NCBI GenBank assembly: GCA_017538995.1
Contig: JAFYHV010000162.1
Span: forward strand, 849 to 64,848
Direction of reading: 5' to 3'
DNA from: Lachnospiraceae bacterium
GTDB lineage: Bacteria > Bacillota > Clostridia > Lachnospirales > Lachnospiraceae
DNA length: 64,000 nt
Under the pieces are notes generated by a model. The model searched no databases, was not told where the DNA came from, and saw only the letters and a list, made by a program, of their open reading frames with translations. The position numbers were made by a program, and so were the translations under genes. Numbering within the stretch: position 1 is the first letter of the stretch; each line of letters opens with the position of its first letter. Below are positions 62,142 through 64,000 of this stretch, piece by piece.

Positions 62142-63374
62142 ATGAGCAATTATTGTATTATCGGAAACGGTACCGCTGCAGTAGGCTGTATCGAAGGAAT
62201 AAGAAGCGTTGACCAGGAAGGTCAAATCACTGTAATATCCAAAGAAAACCATAAAGTTTACTCAAGACCGCTGATTTCCTACCTTCTCGAAGGAAAGACC
62301 GATGTCGAGAGGATGAAATACAGAAAAGATGACTTTTATGAGAGTGAAAAGTGTGTATTTTTACCCGGAACATCTGCTGTAAAAATCGACAAAGAAGGTA
62401 AAACGGTTGAAACTGACAAAGGAGAGAAAATTCCTTTTGACAAGGTTTGCGTGGCAACCGGTTCATCACCTTTCGTGCCTCCTTTTGAAGGACTCGATCA
62501 GGTTGAAAAGAAGTTTTCTTTTATGACTTTAGACGATGCGCTTTCATTAAAGGATGCGCTCACACCCGACTCAAAGGTACTTATAATAGGTGCTGGTCTT
62601 ATCGGTCTTAAATGTGCCGAGGGAATCAAGGACCTCGTAAAAGAAATCACAGTCTGCGATTTAGCAGACAGAATCTTATCGAGTATTCTCGACAGCGAGT
62701 GTGCAGCCATAATGCAGAAGCACCTCGAGGAAAACGGAATCAAGTTTATGCTTTCCGATTCGGCCGTAAAGTTTGAGAAAAACAAAGCTTACATGAAGAG
62801 CGGAGCAGAAGTTGATTTTGACGTACTCGTGCTTGCAATCGGTGTAAGAGCAAACATTTCGCTCATAAAAGATATCGAAGGCGAAGTTAACCGCGGTATC
62901 GTAGTTAACACAAAGATGGAAACATCCGTAAAAGATATTTATGCCGTAGGCGACTGTGCAGAAGGTTATGATTCATCAATTGGAGGAAACAGAGTCCTTG
63001 CAATTTTACCCAATGCTTATATGCAGGGCTTTACAGCAGGCGTAAACATGGCAGGCGGAGACAAGGAATTCACCAATGCCATTCCGATGAACTCAATCGG
63101 CTTTTACGGTCTTCATATTATGACTGCAGGCAACTACGACGGCGAATGCTTTGAAGAGAAGCGCGACGGCGTTTTGAAGAGATTTTTCGTAAAAGACAAC
63201 AAGCTTATAGGATACATGTTAATCGGCGAAACAGACAGAGCCGGAGTATACACATCCATGATCAGAGAACAGATTCCTCTTGATACGGTGGATTTTGAAC
63301 TTCTTAAAAAAGTTGCCACGACTTTTGCTTTTTCAAGTGAAAATCGTAGAAAAAAGTTTGGAGGTGTGGTATAA
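62142..63374 (+). CDS. FAD/NAD(P)-dependent pyridine-nucleotide oxidoreductase (electron-input subunit)
   Basis: IIGNGTAAVG (FAD) and IIGAGLIGLKCAE (NAD(P)) dinucleotide folds plus AVGDCA. The ATG at 62142 is preferred. Confidence 0.8.
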   Translation: MSNYCIIGNGTAAVGCIEGIRSVDQEGQITVISKENHKVYSRPLISYLLEGKTDVERMKYRKDDFYESEKCVFLPGTSAVKIDKEGKTVETDKGEKIPFDKVCVATGSSPFVPPFEGLDQVEKKFSFMTLDDALSLKDALTPDSKVLIIGAGLIGLKCAEGIKDLVKEITVCDLADRILSSILDSECAAIMQKHLEENGIKFMLSDSAVKFEKNKAYMKSGAEVDFDVLVLAIGVRANISLIKDIEGEVNRGIVVNTKMETSVKDIYAVGDCAEGYDSSIGGNRVLAILPNAYMQGFTAGVNMAGGDKEFTNAIPMNSIGFYGLHIMTAGNYDGECFEEKRDGVLKRFFVKDNKLIGYMLIGETDRAGVYTSMIREQIPLDTVDFELLKKVATTFAFSSENRRKKFGGVV

Positions 63375-63376
63375 AA

Positions 63377-64000
63377 ATGATGATTGATGCTAAAGAACTG
63401 GGTTATAAAGATATAAACGAGAAACTTCGTGAAGCAGGCAGTGAATGCGAAATCGAAGGGTGCCTTGGACAGCGTTTTATAGCTGCCGGAATGTCCGGTA
63501 AAAACATCAGTATCAAAGGTGTTCCGGGCAATGCTCTCGGTGCATATTTAAACGGTGCAACAATTGATGTTTTTGCCAATGCGCAGGATGCTGTGGGCGA
63601 TACCATGAACGCAGGTAAAATCGTTGTTCACGGTAATATTGGAGATGCTGCCGGATATGCGATGAGAGGCGGCAAAATCTTCGTCGAAGGTGATGCGGGA
63701 TATCGTGCCGGCATTCATATGAAGGCATATAAGGAAAAGGTTCCCGTAATGGTAATCGGCGGATGTGCAGGAAGTTTCTTGGGTGAATACCAGGCGGGCG
63801 GAATCATTACCGTTCTCGGTCTTGATGCAGAAGAAAAGAACAAAAAGATCGTCGGATTCTTCCCCTGCACAGGAATGCATGGCGGAAAAATGTATTTAAG
63901 ATCCGACTGCGCAGATGTTCAGTTTCCCGGACAGGTCATCGTAAGTCATGCTAACGGCAAAGACCTCGAGGAATTAAAACCTATACTGGAAGAATACTGC
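63377..64000 (+). CDS. glutamate synthase GXGXG-repeat subunit (GltB domain 3-like), 3' end cut by the window edge
   Basis: GGAGG RBS. The product is MMIDAKELGYKDINEKLR..GQRFIAAGMSG..GNALGAYLNG..GDTMNAGKIVVHGN..GYAMRGGKIFVEGDAGYRAG.., a beta-helix repeat pattern. It is open to the end of the window and absent from the ORF track because there is no stop. Confidence 0.8.
   Translation, partial: MMIDAKELGYKDINEKLREAGSECEIEGCLGQRFIAAGMSGKNISIKGVPGNALGAYLNGATIDVFANAQDAVGDTMNAGKIVVHGNIGDAAGYAMRGGKIFVEGDAGYRAGIHMKAYKEKVPVMVIGGCAGSFLGEYQAGGIITVLGLDAEEKNKKIVGFFPCTGMHGGKMYLRSDCADVQFPGQVIVSHANGKDLEELKPILEEYC

Overview
This is a chromosomal segment that looks like a low-to-moderate GC Firmicute of the class Clostridia. 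That taxonomic call is an inference from several features: strong GGAGG-type ribosome-binding sites, a T-box leader, a type III glutamine synthetase, the LL-DAP aminotransferase route, and an archaeal-style split glutamate synthase. I support about 57 protein-coding genes. I found no rRNA, tRNA, CRISPR array, transposase, integrase or prophage genes. The window divides into six blocks.

- **1-7 kb:** membrane and miscellaneous genes. These are a spermidine-synthase-like fusion, a MATE pump, a zinc-ribbon protein with Tyr/Trp-rich repeats, a NUDIX hydrolase, and a small membrane protein paired with a GTPase.
- **7-17 kb:** a complete shikimate/Phe/Tyr super-operon (pheA, aroB, aroC, aroE-aroK fusion, aroQ, aroA-tyrA fusion, DAHP synthase). 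It is preceded by a Phe/Tyr-rich leader ORF plus a terminator. It is followed by an orphan trpB2 under a Trp (UGG) T-box.
- **17-23.6 kb:** a run of small modifying or detoxifying enzymes (racemase, nucleotidyltransferase, three GNATs including SatA-like and PAT-like, an EamA exporter, a mini C15 peptidase).
- **23.7-26.7 kb:** metY-cysK plus an Rrf2 regulator, preceded by a Cys-rich upstream ORF.
- **26.9-35.6 kb:** a galactoside utilisation cluster (galK, GH2, GPH symporter, GH36), then thrH.
- **35.7-64 kb:** a nitrogen super-cluster. On the minus strand it holds purA-guaA-glmS-pyrG-purF-carAB-dapF-dapL, asnB, an amt-PII fusion, GSIII and gdhA. On the plus strand it holds a five-part split glutamate synthase.

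The most interesting signal is a shared leader design in front of four nitrogen transcription units. Each has a small hairpin with an AAxGxx hexaloop that competes with an intrinsic terminator. This resembles ANTAR targets but has a single hairpin, and no regulator gene is present in the window.
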